Shown here piece by piece: positions 28,509 to 38,833 of a stretch of 64,000 nucleotides of DNA. The DNA lies in NCBI GenBank assembly GCA_050257635.1, contig JBLMXG010000344.1, forward strand, positions 9,190 through 73,189, read 5' to 3'. The stretch's first letter is position 1, and every line of letters begins with the position of its first letter. Origin of the DNA: Chloroflexota bacterium. GTDB taxonomy: Bacteria > Desulfobacterota > Binatia > UBA9968. Under the pieces are notes generated by a model, which was not told the DNA's origin, did not search any database, and was given only the letters and a program-made list of their open reading frames with translations. Made by a program: the position numbers and the translations under genes.

Positions 28509-28547
28509 AATGTCTCTCCTGTCGGTCTCTCCCGATCGCGCCGGCTC

Positions 28548-29537
28548 TCACCGGCTGCCGAGCGTCTTGATAAAACCGTTTTCTTCGATCTTCTTAAGAA
28601 AGCTCATGTCGTAAAAATCCTCGGGGTTTGCCGTCGCCGCCTTCGGTTGCTTTTCGGCCAGAAAATCTAGCACGGTTTTCACCGCCTTCGGGCTGGCGTA
28701 GGGCATCACCGGCATGAGATCGACATAGTAATCGTAGCCTTCCTGGGCACGCGCCCGGTCGTTCATCCTGAGAAATTTCATAACGCCTGCCAAAGTCTTC
28801 TCCTTTTCGGTCCTGAAGAAGTGCAGCGAATCGATATAGCCTTTAAGAAAATTCTCCACCAGCCGCGTATGACTTCGTATATACGGTTCCATGCCTGCGA
28901 TCCCGCTTCCGGAGTATTCGATGTCGGTCTTTCTCAAGTCGGCGAGCTCGGTAAAACCGAGCTGCTTGGCGATGCCGCTATAAGGCGGGGCGAGAACCGT
29001 GGCCGCAACCGCGCCACTGCGAAGCGAATTCAAACGTCCCTGTTGGCTTTCTGCGACCGAAATAAAAATCACATCTTTGTCTGGCGTCAAACCATTGCGC
29101 CGCAAGTAGAGACGCAACGCGCTGTCCGCGGAAGCGCCGGGCCGGGTGCCGGTAACGATTTTACCTTTCAAATCCTTCGGCGATTTGATCGATGGCGCAG
29201 CAAAAACCGTATAATCGAGCTTGTTCGACTGCACTGAGAGCATAATGATATCGATGCCGCCCAGGCGTGCGCCGATGGTGGCGGTGGATCCGGCCGACAG
29301 AAACTGCACGGAATTGGAGGTGACGGCCGCGATGGAATTCATACCGCCGCCCATGTAGATCGGTTCGACGTTGACACCATACTTAGCAAACAATCCGTAC
29401 TGAGCGCCCACGGGAATAACGCTGGTATTCACCGAAATCGCGCCCAAGGCAACGCGTACCGTTTCGCCATGCTGGGCCGCTGCAACTTGCGGCAGCAAAA
29501 ATAACCCGAATGCCAATAGCAACTTAAGACGAATCAC
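28548..29537 (-). CDS. ABC transporter substrate-binding protein, NMT1/SsuA-like (paralogue 3)
   Basis: 329 aa. Signal peptide MIRLKLLLAFGLFLLPQVAAA. C-terminus ..IEENGFIKTL. Confidence 0.8.
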   Translation of the reverse strand: MIRLKLLLAFGLFLLPQVAAAQHGETVRVALGAISVNTSVIPVGAQYGLFAKYGVNVEPIYMGGGMNSIAAVTSNSVQFLSAGSTATIGARLGGIDIIMLSVQSNKLDYTVFAAPSIKSPKDLKGKIVTGTRPGASADSALRLYLRRNGLTPDKDVIFISVAESQQGRLNSLRSGAVAATVLAPPYSGIAKQLGFTELADLRKTDIEYSGSGIAGMEPYIRSHTRLVENFLKGYIDSLHFFRTEKEKTLAGVMKFLRMNDRARAQEGYDYYVDLMPVMPYASPKAVKTVLDFLAEKQPKAATANPEDFYDMSFLKKIEENGFIKTLGSR

Positions 29538-29594
29538 GATGATGCATTCCTCTCTTCCTTTTATTGGACTTGCTCGCCCAACGACGAGCGCTGT

Positions 29595-31541
<1,947 letters not shown>

Positions 31542-31760
31542 GGCACAGCCTCCTGGAAGAATAATCGCAGTGAACCGAGAAAACGCTCCGGATTCTATTT
31601 GAGGCGTGGGAGCTTGGCAAGAGCGGAGGGGCAACGAGTCTGAAATTGAGGGCTAACGCGAGCAAACCCTGAACACAACTCTCTGGACGATTTGAAACGA
31701 TTGACGACGATGCGCGGCACTTGTTATGGGAACAACCAAGCCATACAGAAGGAGTTGCCC

Positions 31761-32501
31761 ATGGACAAAGTCGCCGTGATTACCGGCGGAGCGGGAGGCA
31801 TTGGCCACGCCGTCGCCGAAATGTTTTTCCAACAAAAATACGCTCTGGTGCTGCTGGATTTGAATGACGACGCCGGCCTATCGATCACGGCCGAGATGCG
31901 CACGCGCGGCGCGGGGGCCCTGTTCTTACCGGCAAATCTCGCACAAGAGGCGGAGGTCGAAACCGTCTTCGAGAAAATCATCGCCGCATACGGCCGCGTG
32001 GATGTTCTCGTCAACGTCGCCGGCGGGAGCCTCTACCGCCACCCTCTGGAGGATTTCCCCCTTGCGCACTGGCACGCGGTCATCGACGCCAACCTCACTT
32101 CGACGTTTCTCTGCTGCCGCGCTGTCACGGCGCTCATGAAAAGTCAACGGAGCGGGTCGATCGTAAATATTTCATCGGATATCGGTTTCAGCGGCGATGC
32201 CAACCGCTCCGCCTACGCGGCGGCGAAAGCCGGCATACTCGGATTGACCAGAACGCTCGCCCTCGAATTGGCACCGTTCGGCGCACGCGCCAACGCCGTA
32301 GCCCCCGGGCGTATCGCCACGCCCCGAGTCAGAGCGAACTACAGCGACGCCGAATGGGAGGCCGCCGCCAAACGAATTCCTCTAGGTCATGCCGGCGCCC
32401 CGGAAGACGTTGCGGAAGCCGTCGCCTTCTTGGCCGGTCCCGCTAGCAAGCATATGACCGGCCAGACCCTCCATGTAAACGGCGGCAGGATTATGAGCTA
32501 G
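31761..32501 (+). CDS. SDR-family oxidoreductase (FabG-like)
   Basis: TGGAGGIGHA cofactor motif, NVAG, catalytic YAAAKAG (YxxxK). Start ATG 31761 with AAGGAG 7 nt upstream. Confidence 0.85.
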   Translation: MDKVAVITGGAGGIGHAVAEMFFQQKYALVLLDLNDDAGLSITAEMRTRGAGALFLPANLAQEAEVETVFEKIIAAYGRVDVLVNVAGGSLYRHPLEDFPLAHWHAVIDANLTSTFLCCRAVTALMKSQRSGSIVNISSDIGFSGDANRSAYAAAKAGILGLTRTLALELAPFGARANAVAPGRIATPRVRANYSDAEWEAAAKRIPLGHAGAPEDVAEAVAFLAGPASKHMTGQTLHVNGGRIMS

Positions 32502-32558
32502 CGAGTTATCGGCCTTTGGACAAATGGCAATTTTTTCGTTTCGAGCCGCAGCGGCGAC

Positions 32559-32595
32559 AAAAAAAGCCGGAAGCGCTGAGGATCGCGCTTCCGGC
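32559..32595 (-). terminator. Rho-independent terminator of the FprA-like gene
   Basis: Minus strand reads GCCGGAAGCGC-8 nt loop-GCGCTTCCGGC followed by T7, 34 nt after the stop at 32629. Confidence 0.75.
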
Positions 32596-32628
32596 CGGAG
32601 GGATTGAAGTGAATTGCTATAGCGCCGG

Positions 32629-33972
32629 CTATCGCACCGCTTTGCGCGCTGCGATGACTTCGAGCATCTTCTCGTCGCTGATATATTTGAAGTCCCAGGT
32701 TTTTCGCGCCCGCGCCTCTTCTTGCTCGGCGCTTTCTAGCAGTTCGATGTCTTCCTTGGTCACTACCGATACGCTCCTTTTCTTAAGCATCTCAATCAAG
32801 GCTTCGATTCGCGCCTCCATCTCGCCGCTCGAGAGGCCCTCACTGGATGAAAGATACTGATTGACGACTTTCATGCCGCGCTCGGCATCCTGCTTGGCGA
32901 CGCCGACCAAACCGACGCTCGCATTTCGCGACCAACCGGCGACAAAGATGCCGTCCAGTACTTTTTTGGTTTCCGGATCATACGGCTGATACGCGGCCGG
33001 ATTTGGATCGCCGGGGAGTTTTTCAGGATTGGTCACAAAAGCGCCGCGTGAAAACGGCAAGCCGAGCGACGCATCAACCTGGTCGCCGATGGCATAGATA
33101 ACACAATCGACGTCGATGCGCCGCTTTTTACCGGTGCCTTTGGCCACAGTCCGGCGGTCTTGTAGAACCATTTCGTTCTCTTCCGCTTCAAGAGCGGCTA
33201 CCCGGCCCTGCGCATTGGCGATGACTTTTGTCGGCGAGCAGAGGTATCGGAAAGTCAGCCTCCGCCCTTCGGCAGGTTCGCTTTCCTTGACGAATTTTTT
33301 CGTGATCTCCTCGATGTTCTGCCCGACCGCGGAAAGCTGCGGCGCGATGCGGTCGATCTCCTGCTTCATGTCGGCGTTGTCAAGGTATGACTCGATAACC
33401 TCAAATTCGCTGTCGTCATAGGCTTTTTCGAGCGGGCCGCGTCGTGCCACAACCACCACCTGGTCGATTTTTTTGTGATTGAGCAACCAATTGGCGATAT
33501 CGACCATGACATTGCCCATGCCGATGATCGCAACCCTGCGGCCGATTTCAAAATTGCGTTCGCTGAACGGCGGCAACGAATTGTAATGGTAGACCACATC
33601 CTTTGCATGATAAACGCCGACGCAGTTCTCGCCTTCAATACCCAATTTTTTGGTTCCCTGGGCACCAGCGGTGACGACGATTGCGCCAAATCCCAGAGTT
33701 TTAAATTCATCCAAAGTCAGCGCTTGATTCTGTCCGACCGTGACATGGCCGAGATAGAATACTTTCGGATCAGCAAGGATTTTTTTAAATTGCTTACGCA
33801 GGCCCGTCTTCATCTTCTCTTTGTCGACGAATATTCCGTATTCGGCCAAACCCCCCGGTTTGATGTCGCGGTTGAGTAAAACGACGCGATGCCCGGCCTC
33901 GACCAGCTTGCGGGTGCCATAAATTCCAGCCGGACCTGCGCCGACAACCGCGACCAAATGTTGTTTCGACAT
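32629..33972 (-). CDS. NAD(P)H-dependent FAD oxidoreductase, adrenodoxin-reductase/FprA-like
   Basis: 447 aa. N-terminal dinucleotide fold VAVVGAGPAGIYG, a second Rossmann motif VAIIGMGNVMVDIA, and GWSRNASVGLVG near the C-terminal third. Confidence 0.6.
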   Translation of the reverse strand: MSKQHLVAVVGAGPAGIYGTRKLVEAGHRVVLLNRDIKPGGLAEYGIFVDKEKMKTGLRKQFKKILADPKVFYLGHVTVGQNQALTLDEFKTLGFGAIVVTAGAQGTKKLGIEGENCVGVYHAKDVVYHYNSLPPFSERNFEIGRRVAIIGMGNVMVDIANWLLNHKKIDQVVVVARRGPLEKAYDDSEFEVIESYLDNADMKQEIDRIAPQLSAVGQNIEEITKKFVKESEPAEGRRLTFRYLCSPTKVIANAQGRVAALEAEENEMVLQDRRTVAKGTGKKRRIDVDCVIYAIGDQVDASLGLPFSRGAFVTNPEKLPGDPNPAAYQPYDPETKKVLDGIFVAGWSRNASVGLVGVAKQDAERGMKVVNQYLSSSEGLSSGEMEARIEALIEMLKKRSVSVVTKEDIELLESAEQEEARARKTWDFKYISDEKMLEVIAARKAVR

Positions 33973-34057
33973 TTTCCGTACCTCGATAAGCGGATTAAAA
34001 TTCTCGTGCCGTTGAGAGGACTACAGATGCAAAAGAGAGCGAAGAGCAACCCGGGAT

Positions 34058-34327
34058 CTACTGAAGTTCCCTTTTGCCTTCGTACTCCAATTCCGTGCCC
34101 CGGGAATCCTTATGCGTAAAAGAAACCAACTCCCACGAGCCGTCTTCCAAAGGGCCCTTCAGGATATAGGAATTCTCATCGCTTCCGAGCACGCGGAAAT
34201 AGCAGGCTTGCTCGCCATGCCAGCGATCGACGCAGGCTTCCACTTCGATCGTTCGCGTTCCAAGGGTAAACCGAGTAGGAGTTTCTTGCCCTTTCGAGTC
34301 AGATTCGGATTCGACTTTGATTTTCAT
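34058..34327 (-). CDS. Hypothetical small protein (89 aa)
   Basis: ORF with reasonable coding character (..TRFTLGTRTIEVEACVDRWHGEQACYFRVLGSDENSYILKG..GSWELVSF). No motif recognised. Confidence 0.45.
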   Translation of the reverse strand: MKIKVESESDSKGQETPTRFTLGTRTIEVEACVDRWHGEQACYFRVLGSDENSYILKGPLEDGSWELVSFTHKDSRGTELEYEGKRELQ

Positions 34328-34398
34328 CGGCGACTCGCTTGTCCGGCGGATGGGACAACGTAATATAACGTATAAATTTTTAATTTGAAAGGAGCGCT

Positions 34399-35082
34399 AT
34401 GGACACCATCAGCGGCTTGAGACAGGACATCATCAGCGCCTGCCGGATTCTCTCTCATCAAAAACTGGTCGAGGGCTTTGGTCACGTCAGTGCGCGTATC
34501 CCCGACGGGGCCCTTTTCTTGATGACACCCAGGATCGGTCTTGCTCTGGTTGAAGAGTCCGACCTTCTAACCATGGACCTAGAAGGTAAGGTTATCGAAG
34601 GCGACCGTCCACCCCCCTTCGAAGCGTGGCTGCATATTGCCATTATGCGAACGAAACCCCAGGTAAACGCGATCACTCGGATTCACGCTCGAATGGCGAA
34701 CATTTTCTCCGTCACCGACCGCAAGCTGGAGCCGGTACACAATCACGGCAGTTTTTTCGTCGGCGGAGTGCCGGTGTTTTCCGCTCCGGATCTAATTTCG
34801 ACGGAGAAACTGGGCCAGGAAGTCGCTGCGTGTATGGGCAGCAAGCCCGCCATCCTCTTGCGCGGCAACGGCCAAGTCACTGTAGGCAGAACGATTCCGG
34901 AAGCCGTAATGATGGCGATATACTTAGAGGAAGCCGCCGATATGTTGCACGGTGCGCTGCAGATCGGCACGCCTCTGCTGTTGACGGTGGATGAATCGAA
35001 GCAGCGTCAGACCGAAGCCTTGCCTCCGATTGACATGGAGCGGGCATGGAATTTTTTTAAATCGAAGATTGCCGCGAGCTAG
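34399..35082 (+). CDS. Class II aldolase/adducin-family protein
   Basis: 227 aa. Family-typical GFGHVSARIP, HIAIMR, RIHARMAN regions (His-rich metal site pattern). Confidence 0.75.
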   Translation: MDTISGLRQDIISACRILSHQKLVEGFGHVSARIPDGALFLMTPRIGLALVEESDLLTMDLEGKVIEGDRPPPFEAWLHIAIMRTKPQVNAITRIHARMANIFSVTDRKLEPVHNHGSFFVGGVPVFSAPDLISTEKLGQEVAACMGSKPAILLRGNGQVTVGRTIPEAVMMAIYLEEAADMLHGALQIGTPLLLTVDESKQRQTEALPPIDMERAWNFFKSKIAAS

Positions 35083-35131
35083 TTCGACACCCCTGCCAAG
35101 CAACTGGCGCAACGTCGCCATCAGCGCCAGC

Positions 35132-35168
35132 AAAAAAAGCGCGGCGCCCCGTTACCGGGCGCCGCGCT
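35132..35168 (-). terminator. Rho-independent terminator closing the Rieske/cyt b operon
   Basis: Minus strand reads AGCGCGGCGCCC-loop-GGGCGCCGCGCT followed by T7, 20 nt after the stop at 35189. Confidence 0.8.
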
Positions 35169-35188
35169 CTTAATCGGTGGGGTGGCGC

Positions 35189-35902
35189 TTACTTGCCGGC
35201 CAGTTCGAAGTTAACTTTCGCTTCTTCCTTTGCCTTTACGGTGACTTTCTGCGTGCTCTTGCCGAGCTTTTCGTGCCAGACTTCCACCGTATAAGTTCCC
35301 GGTGGGACGTCCGTCAGCTTGAAGCTGCCCGAATTGTCGGTCACCGCGAAATAAGGATTCGGTGTGGCCACCAGCCAGCCGTGCATCCAACCATGCACGT
35401 CGCACTTGACTTCGACGGCCTCAGGCTTGTCGATTTTCACTTCGAGCGACTTTTTGAACTTCGGTTGAGCGTGGTTAAACGGGCTATTGATCTTGCTGTA
35501 GGAATGAATGTTGTGGAGAATCCCATCCGGGTTCAAGATATCGACTGGCGTACCGGCGGCAAACGCCAATACATGTGGATGATATTCGCAGCCCTTTTGG
35601 TCCAAGACGACTTTTTTGGTATCGATCTTCTTGCCTTTTTGAATATCCGTGATGGTAACGACTGCATAGACCAAATTACCGCCGTTGACTATCAAAGTCG
35701 GATCCGTCTTCGGAGTTTTGCCGCAAACTTCCTTGTCTTTGCCGACATCTAATTTCTTCGGCGCCGGAGCGGTACCTTTGAATTTAACGGTGCCCGAGAT
35801 ACTTCCGCCGTCTTTTACATCACCGCCTTGATACGCCGCCATACCGCTTACCGGTAAAGCCAAAAGCGTTGCTGATAAAACAACTGATCCCAACTTTCTC
35901 AT
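35189..35902 (-). CDS. Secreted cupredoxin-like (type-1 copper) protein with C-terminal carboxypeptidase-regulatory-like beta-sandwich
   Basis: Signal peptide MRKLGSVVLSATLLALPVSGMAA. Candidate T1Cu ligands H (ILHNIHS) and C-x2-H-x2-M (KCDVHGWMHG). C-terminal FAVTDNSGSFKLTDVPPGTYTVEVWHE. Start ATG 35902 with AAGGAGG upstream; the track start at 35965 is a GTG extension. Confidence 0.7.
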   Translation of the reverse strand: MRKLGSVVLSATLLALPVSGMAAYQGGDVKDGGSISGTVKFKGTAPAPKKLDVGKDKEVCGKTPKTDPTLIVNGGNLVYAVVTITDIQKGKKIDTKKVVLDQKGCEYHPHVLAFAAGTPVDILNPDGILHNIHSYSKINSPFNHAQPKFKKSLEVKIDKPEAVEVKCDVHGWMHGWLVATPNPYFAVTDNSGSFKLTDVPPGTYTVEVWHEKLGKSTQKVTVKAKEEAKVNFELAGK

Positions 35903-35964
35903 GATTTCCTCCTTGAAATTGCGTTCCCCCGTTTTTTCGACGAATCTACCCTTTCGTTTATTCA

Positions 35965-38655
35965 CTACCTTGTCGGCTTAGTCTTCGCAGCCACTGCCGC
36001 TACCGGTGCGGGCGCCGGAGCACCGCGCCCGATACTCATCAGATAATCTCGCAGCGCCTCGATTTGCAAATCTTCCTTGCCGCCGAGAATATCATCAGGA
36101 CCGCCGGGATAAAACGACGGCATCTTGGTCCCAGGCTGAACCTTCTGCGGGTCCTTCAACCACTTGAGAATCCAGTTCGGGTTGAGCCGTTGGCGCGCCA
36201 TGGTCAAATCCGGAGCCCATCCTTCAACCGGGCCCTCGGGCTTCTTGTCGCCCTGCTGATGACAGCTGAAACAATTGAAGTAGTCTTTCGACACCAGCTG
36301 TTTTGCCGCTTCGAGATACTCCGGCGGAATTTTTTTGTCGTCTACATAAGCATAGGGAATTTCAACGTGTGAAAGCCCGTTAAAATAGCTCACCAGCTGA
36401 TTCGCGTGCTCGTCGGATAAACCAAATGTCGGCATGCGAAGTTGCAGCCATGGCCTAATGGGTATCGGCGATTTGAGAAAACTGAAAAACCAATTCGATT
36501 GGACCTTCTCGCCTTCGCCATTGAGTATCGGCGGAGCCAGTGTTGGGTTCTCTTGATAGTATTTTCGAATGAAACCACCGCGCTTTTCAATTTCATGGCA
36601 GCCAATGCAATTGTATTCCTGCATCAAGCGGCGGCCTTCCACCACCTGTTGGACGCGCAAACCTTGATCGGCTTGAAACTGCTGACCCACTTTGCGCTCG
36701 CGGAACCCGCCGAGCAGGGTCCGCAACGCGCGGATGTCCTCGTCTGCCAAATCGAATTGCGGCATCAATTGTTCAATCCGCTCCGTAGCGTAAATGCGTG
36801 GGGTCTTGAGCTTGTTGTAAGTCCAATCGTCCCACGTTTCTTTGATATCGGTGCGGTTGCCGAAGAAAAGTTCTTCCCTTGCCTTGGAGCCGAAGGTAGT
36901 GAGTTCGGCGCCGATGCGGGTCTCCTTTTCCATGTCTTTAATATCGTGACAGCCGAAACAGCCCCACTTGCGCACCAGCGATTCGCCACGCTTGATGTTT
37001 TTGGCGTCGGCGAGTTTCTCCTGAATTCCCGCCATGGGTTCGGTCCTAGTCCCCAGAGTCATCAAATAGGTGGTGATTGCGAGCGCCTCGTTATCCGATA
37101 AGCGCAAGCTGGGCATACGTGTGTCTGGTGAAAACCCGCGGGGGTTTTTCAGCCAATGATACACCCATTGAGGGCCAACTTTAGCCGCAATGTCTTTTAA
37201 GTTTGGAACCAGATCTTTGGATTTACCCAGCGGAGTCGTGAATTCCCCATCGGCAAAACCGTGGCAGCCTCTGCAGCCGATCGAATCAACTAGCTTTTTG
37301 CCTTCGGCCACAGCGTTTGGATCGCCCTCTCGGTAAACAGCGGGCAGAGGATGCTCCTGCGTCCACTTTTCGCCCGGCTCCTTCGACTGCGACCAGATAT
37401 AGGAAGCGATGGCGATCGCGTCCGCTTCTTTGAGATCGAAGTTCGGCATGCGCGTGCGCGGCCGGAATTTATGCGGGTTTTCGATCCAACGCACCATCCA
37501 ACTCGGGTCGACCTTGGCGCTGATCTTTAGCAAGCTAGGAGCGATCTTCGGGATATTCTCGTAGCCTTTGACCAGATGGCAACCGGTGCAGCCGACCTGC
37601 TCGAACAGCCGCTGGCCCTCCGCCAAGAGCGGTGCATCTTCGGCGAATTTTTGCACGTCAAGATGACAGGAGGTGCAACTGGATTGCGCCTTGGCGCCAC
37701 GCAGCAGTGGAAAATCCCACAAAGGAACCTCGCCATGCGCCTGCTTGATGCTATTCACGGCTACGCCCTGGCCCTCATGACATCCGGTGCAACCGAATTT
37801 ATCGGGCGGGTGCGCGTTATCGGCCAACAAAACCTCGCGGCGGGGATGGGTTTTGAAGGGATTGGGTTCCTTCTCAAAGCCGGGCCGGTTGATCGCCATG
37901 TGGCAAGTTTGGCAACGATCGACACGCGCCACCGGTTGGTCGAAGCCGTTGCGGTCGAATCCCTCCAGCGACACCTGCTGGATCTTGGGAATTTTGAAGA
38001 AGGTAAATGGTCCTAGCTTAAAGGTGTCATTTTCCATCACCCGGACCCACTTGTCGCGTTCGGCGCTCAGCTTGGCGAGCTCGTCCTCTATCCCTTTCCC
38101 GCCGCTTTGGAGTTTTTTGACGTCTTCTTTGAGTTGATCGCGCTTTGCGCGGGCGGGTTCAAGAAGCTTGTCGAGTTCCGCTTTTTCTTTATCCAGGGTC
38201 GCGATCGTTTCCAGGTAGGGTTTGGGATTACGCTGCTGCTGGACCGCGTGGTCGTGTTCATACCACGCTTCCTCCAGTTCGCTTTTAACGTCTTTGACTT
38301 TTTGGTCGATCTCGTTAAACTTGATCGTCGCCTGAGCTTCTTCGCTTTCCAGCACTTTGAGTTTCCTGCTCAATTCGCCGCTGTTGAGACTTGAATCAAA
38401 CTCTGCCAGCTTCTTCGATAGTTCCTGGTATTTGGCATCTTCCCGCAGCTTTTTGTCCTCTTCGTCGTAGGCAGCCTTCGCCTTGTTGTAATCGAGACGG
38501 TAAAAGCTTGCCTGAATGGCTTTCCACGGGCGCCGCGAAAAGTTGTCATCCCAGTACGCCCACAAAGACAGCGCCACCAACAAAGCTATGCCGATGACGA
38601 AGACACTGCCGTAGGATTTTTTCTCTTCTTTTTGGTCGATTCCTCGCTCCGCCAT
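35965..38655 (-). CDS. Membrane-anchored octahaem cytochrome c (3 clustered CxxCH + 5 class-I-like cytochrome c domains)
   Basis: Eight CxxCH motifs: CQTCH, CTGCH, CTSCH, CTGCH, CRGCH, CFGCH, CIGCH, CFSCH. The last five are each followed by a (R/K/L)MP(N/S/Q/T)F Met-ligand motif. N-terminal TM helix plus a ~150-aa coiled coil. Start ATG 38655 preceded by AAGGGAG. Confidence 0.85.
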   Translation of the reverse strand: MAERGIDQKEEKKSYGSVFVIGIALLVALSLWAYWDDNFSRRPWKAIQASFYRLDYNKAKAAYDEEDKKLREDAKYQELSKKLAEFDSSLNSGELSRKLKVLESEEAQATIKFNEIDQKVKDVKSELEEAWYEHDHAVQQQRNPKPYLETIATLDKEKAELDKLLEPARAKRDQLKEDVKKLQSGGKGIEDELAKLSAERDKWVRVMENDTFKLGPFTFFKIPKIQQVSLEGFDRNGFDQPVARVDRCQTCHMAINRPGFEKEPNPFKTHPRREVLLADNAHPPDKFGCTGCHEGQGVAVNSIKQAHGEVPLWDFPLLRGAKAQSSCTSCHLDVQKFAEDAPLLAEGQRLFEQVGCTGCHLVKGYENIPKIAPSLLKISAKVDPSWMVRWIENPHKFRPRTRMPNFDLKEADAIAIASYIWSQSKEPGEKWTQEHPLPAVYREGDPNAVAEGKKLVDSIGCRGCHGFADGEFTTPLGKSKDLVPNLKDIAAKVGPQWVYHWLKNPRGFSPDTRMPSLRLSDNEALAITTYLMTLGTRTEPMAGIQEKLADAKNIKRGESLVRKWGCFGCHDIKDMEKETRIGAELTTFGSKAREELFFGNRTDIKETWDDWTYNKLKTPRIYATERIEQLMPQFDLADEDIRALRTLLGGFRERKVGQQFQADQGLRVQQVVEGRRLMQEYNCIGCHEIEKRGGFIRKYYQENPTLAPPILNGEGEKVQSNWFFSFLKSPIPIRPWLQLRMPTFGLSDEHANQLVSYFNGLSHVEIPYAYVDDKKIPPEYLEAAKQLVSKDYFNCFSCHQQGDKKPEGPVEGWAPDLTMARQRLNPNWILKWLKDPQKVQPGTKMPSFYPGGPDDILGGKEDLQIEALRDYLMSIGRGAPAPAPVAAVAAKTKPTR

Positions 38656-38665
38656 CCCAACTCCC

Positions 38666-38833
38666 TTACGCTGCTTTGCGCTCAAGCGCGCGGCCCAACG
38701 AAAAAACCCCGAGACCGATCAGCGTGAGTACTATTTCTTCAGCCATCGAAGAATTGTTCATGATGCCGACATAAAGCGCGTAGCCGATATCCGCGAGCCC
38801 AAGGGCCTGGAGTATCTTCGCCACGTAAAACAT
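38666..38833 (-). CDS. Unannotated 55-codon two-TM membrane protein inside the Rieske/cyt b operon
   Basis: Below the track cutoff. Own translation: MFYVAKILQALGLADIGYALYVGIMNNSSMAEEIVLTLIGLGVFSLGRALERKAA. The ATG overlaps the upstream TAA (TAATG). Its TAA sits in the Shine-Dalgarno 10 nt before the cytochrome c ATG. Confidence 0.6.
   Translation of the reverse strand: MFYVAKILQALGLADIGYALYVGIMNNSSMAEEIVLTLIGLGVFSLGRALERKAA

Noticed and set aside
31542-31634. N-terminal extensions of track ORFs: acs here, plus 23540-23656, 41828-41953, 18206-18382, 31692-31760, 51223-51309 and 35903-35965.
   Set aside because: In each case an internal ATG with a good Shine-Dalgarno coincides with the start of family-conserved sequence or of a signal peptide. 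The extensions are unconserved-looking and often start at GTG/TTG.
38656-38685. TTG-initiated N-terminal extension of the octahaem cytochrome ORF.
   Set aside because: It overlaps the coupled 55-codon ORF in another frame. ATG 38655 has a proper Shine-Dalgarno, whereas the extension (MSAKQRKGVG) has none.
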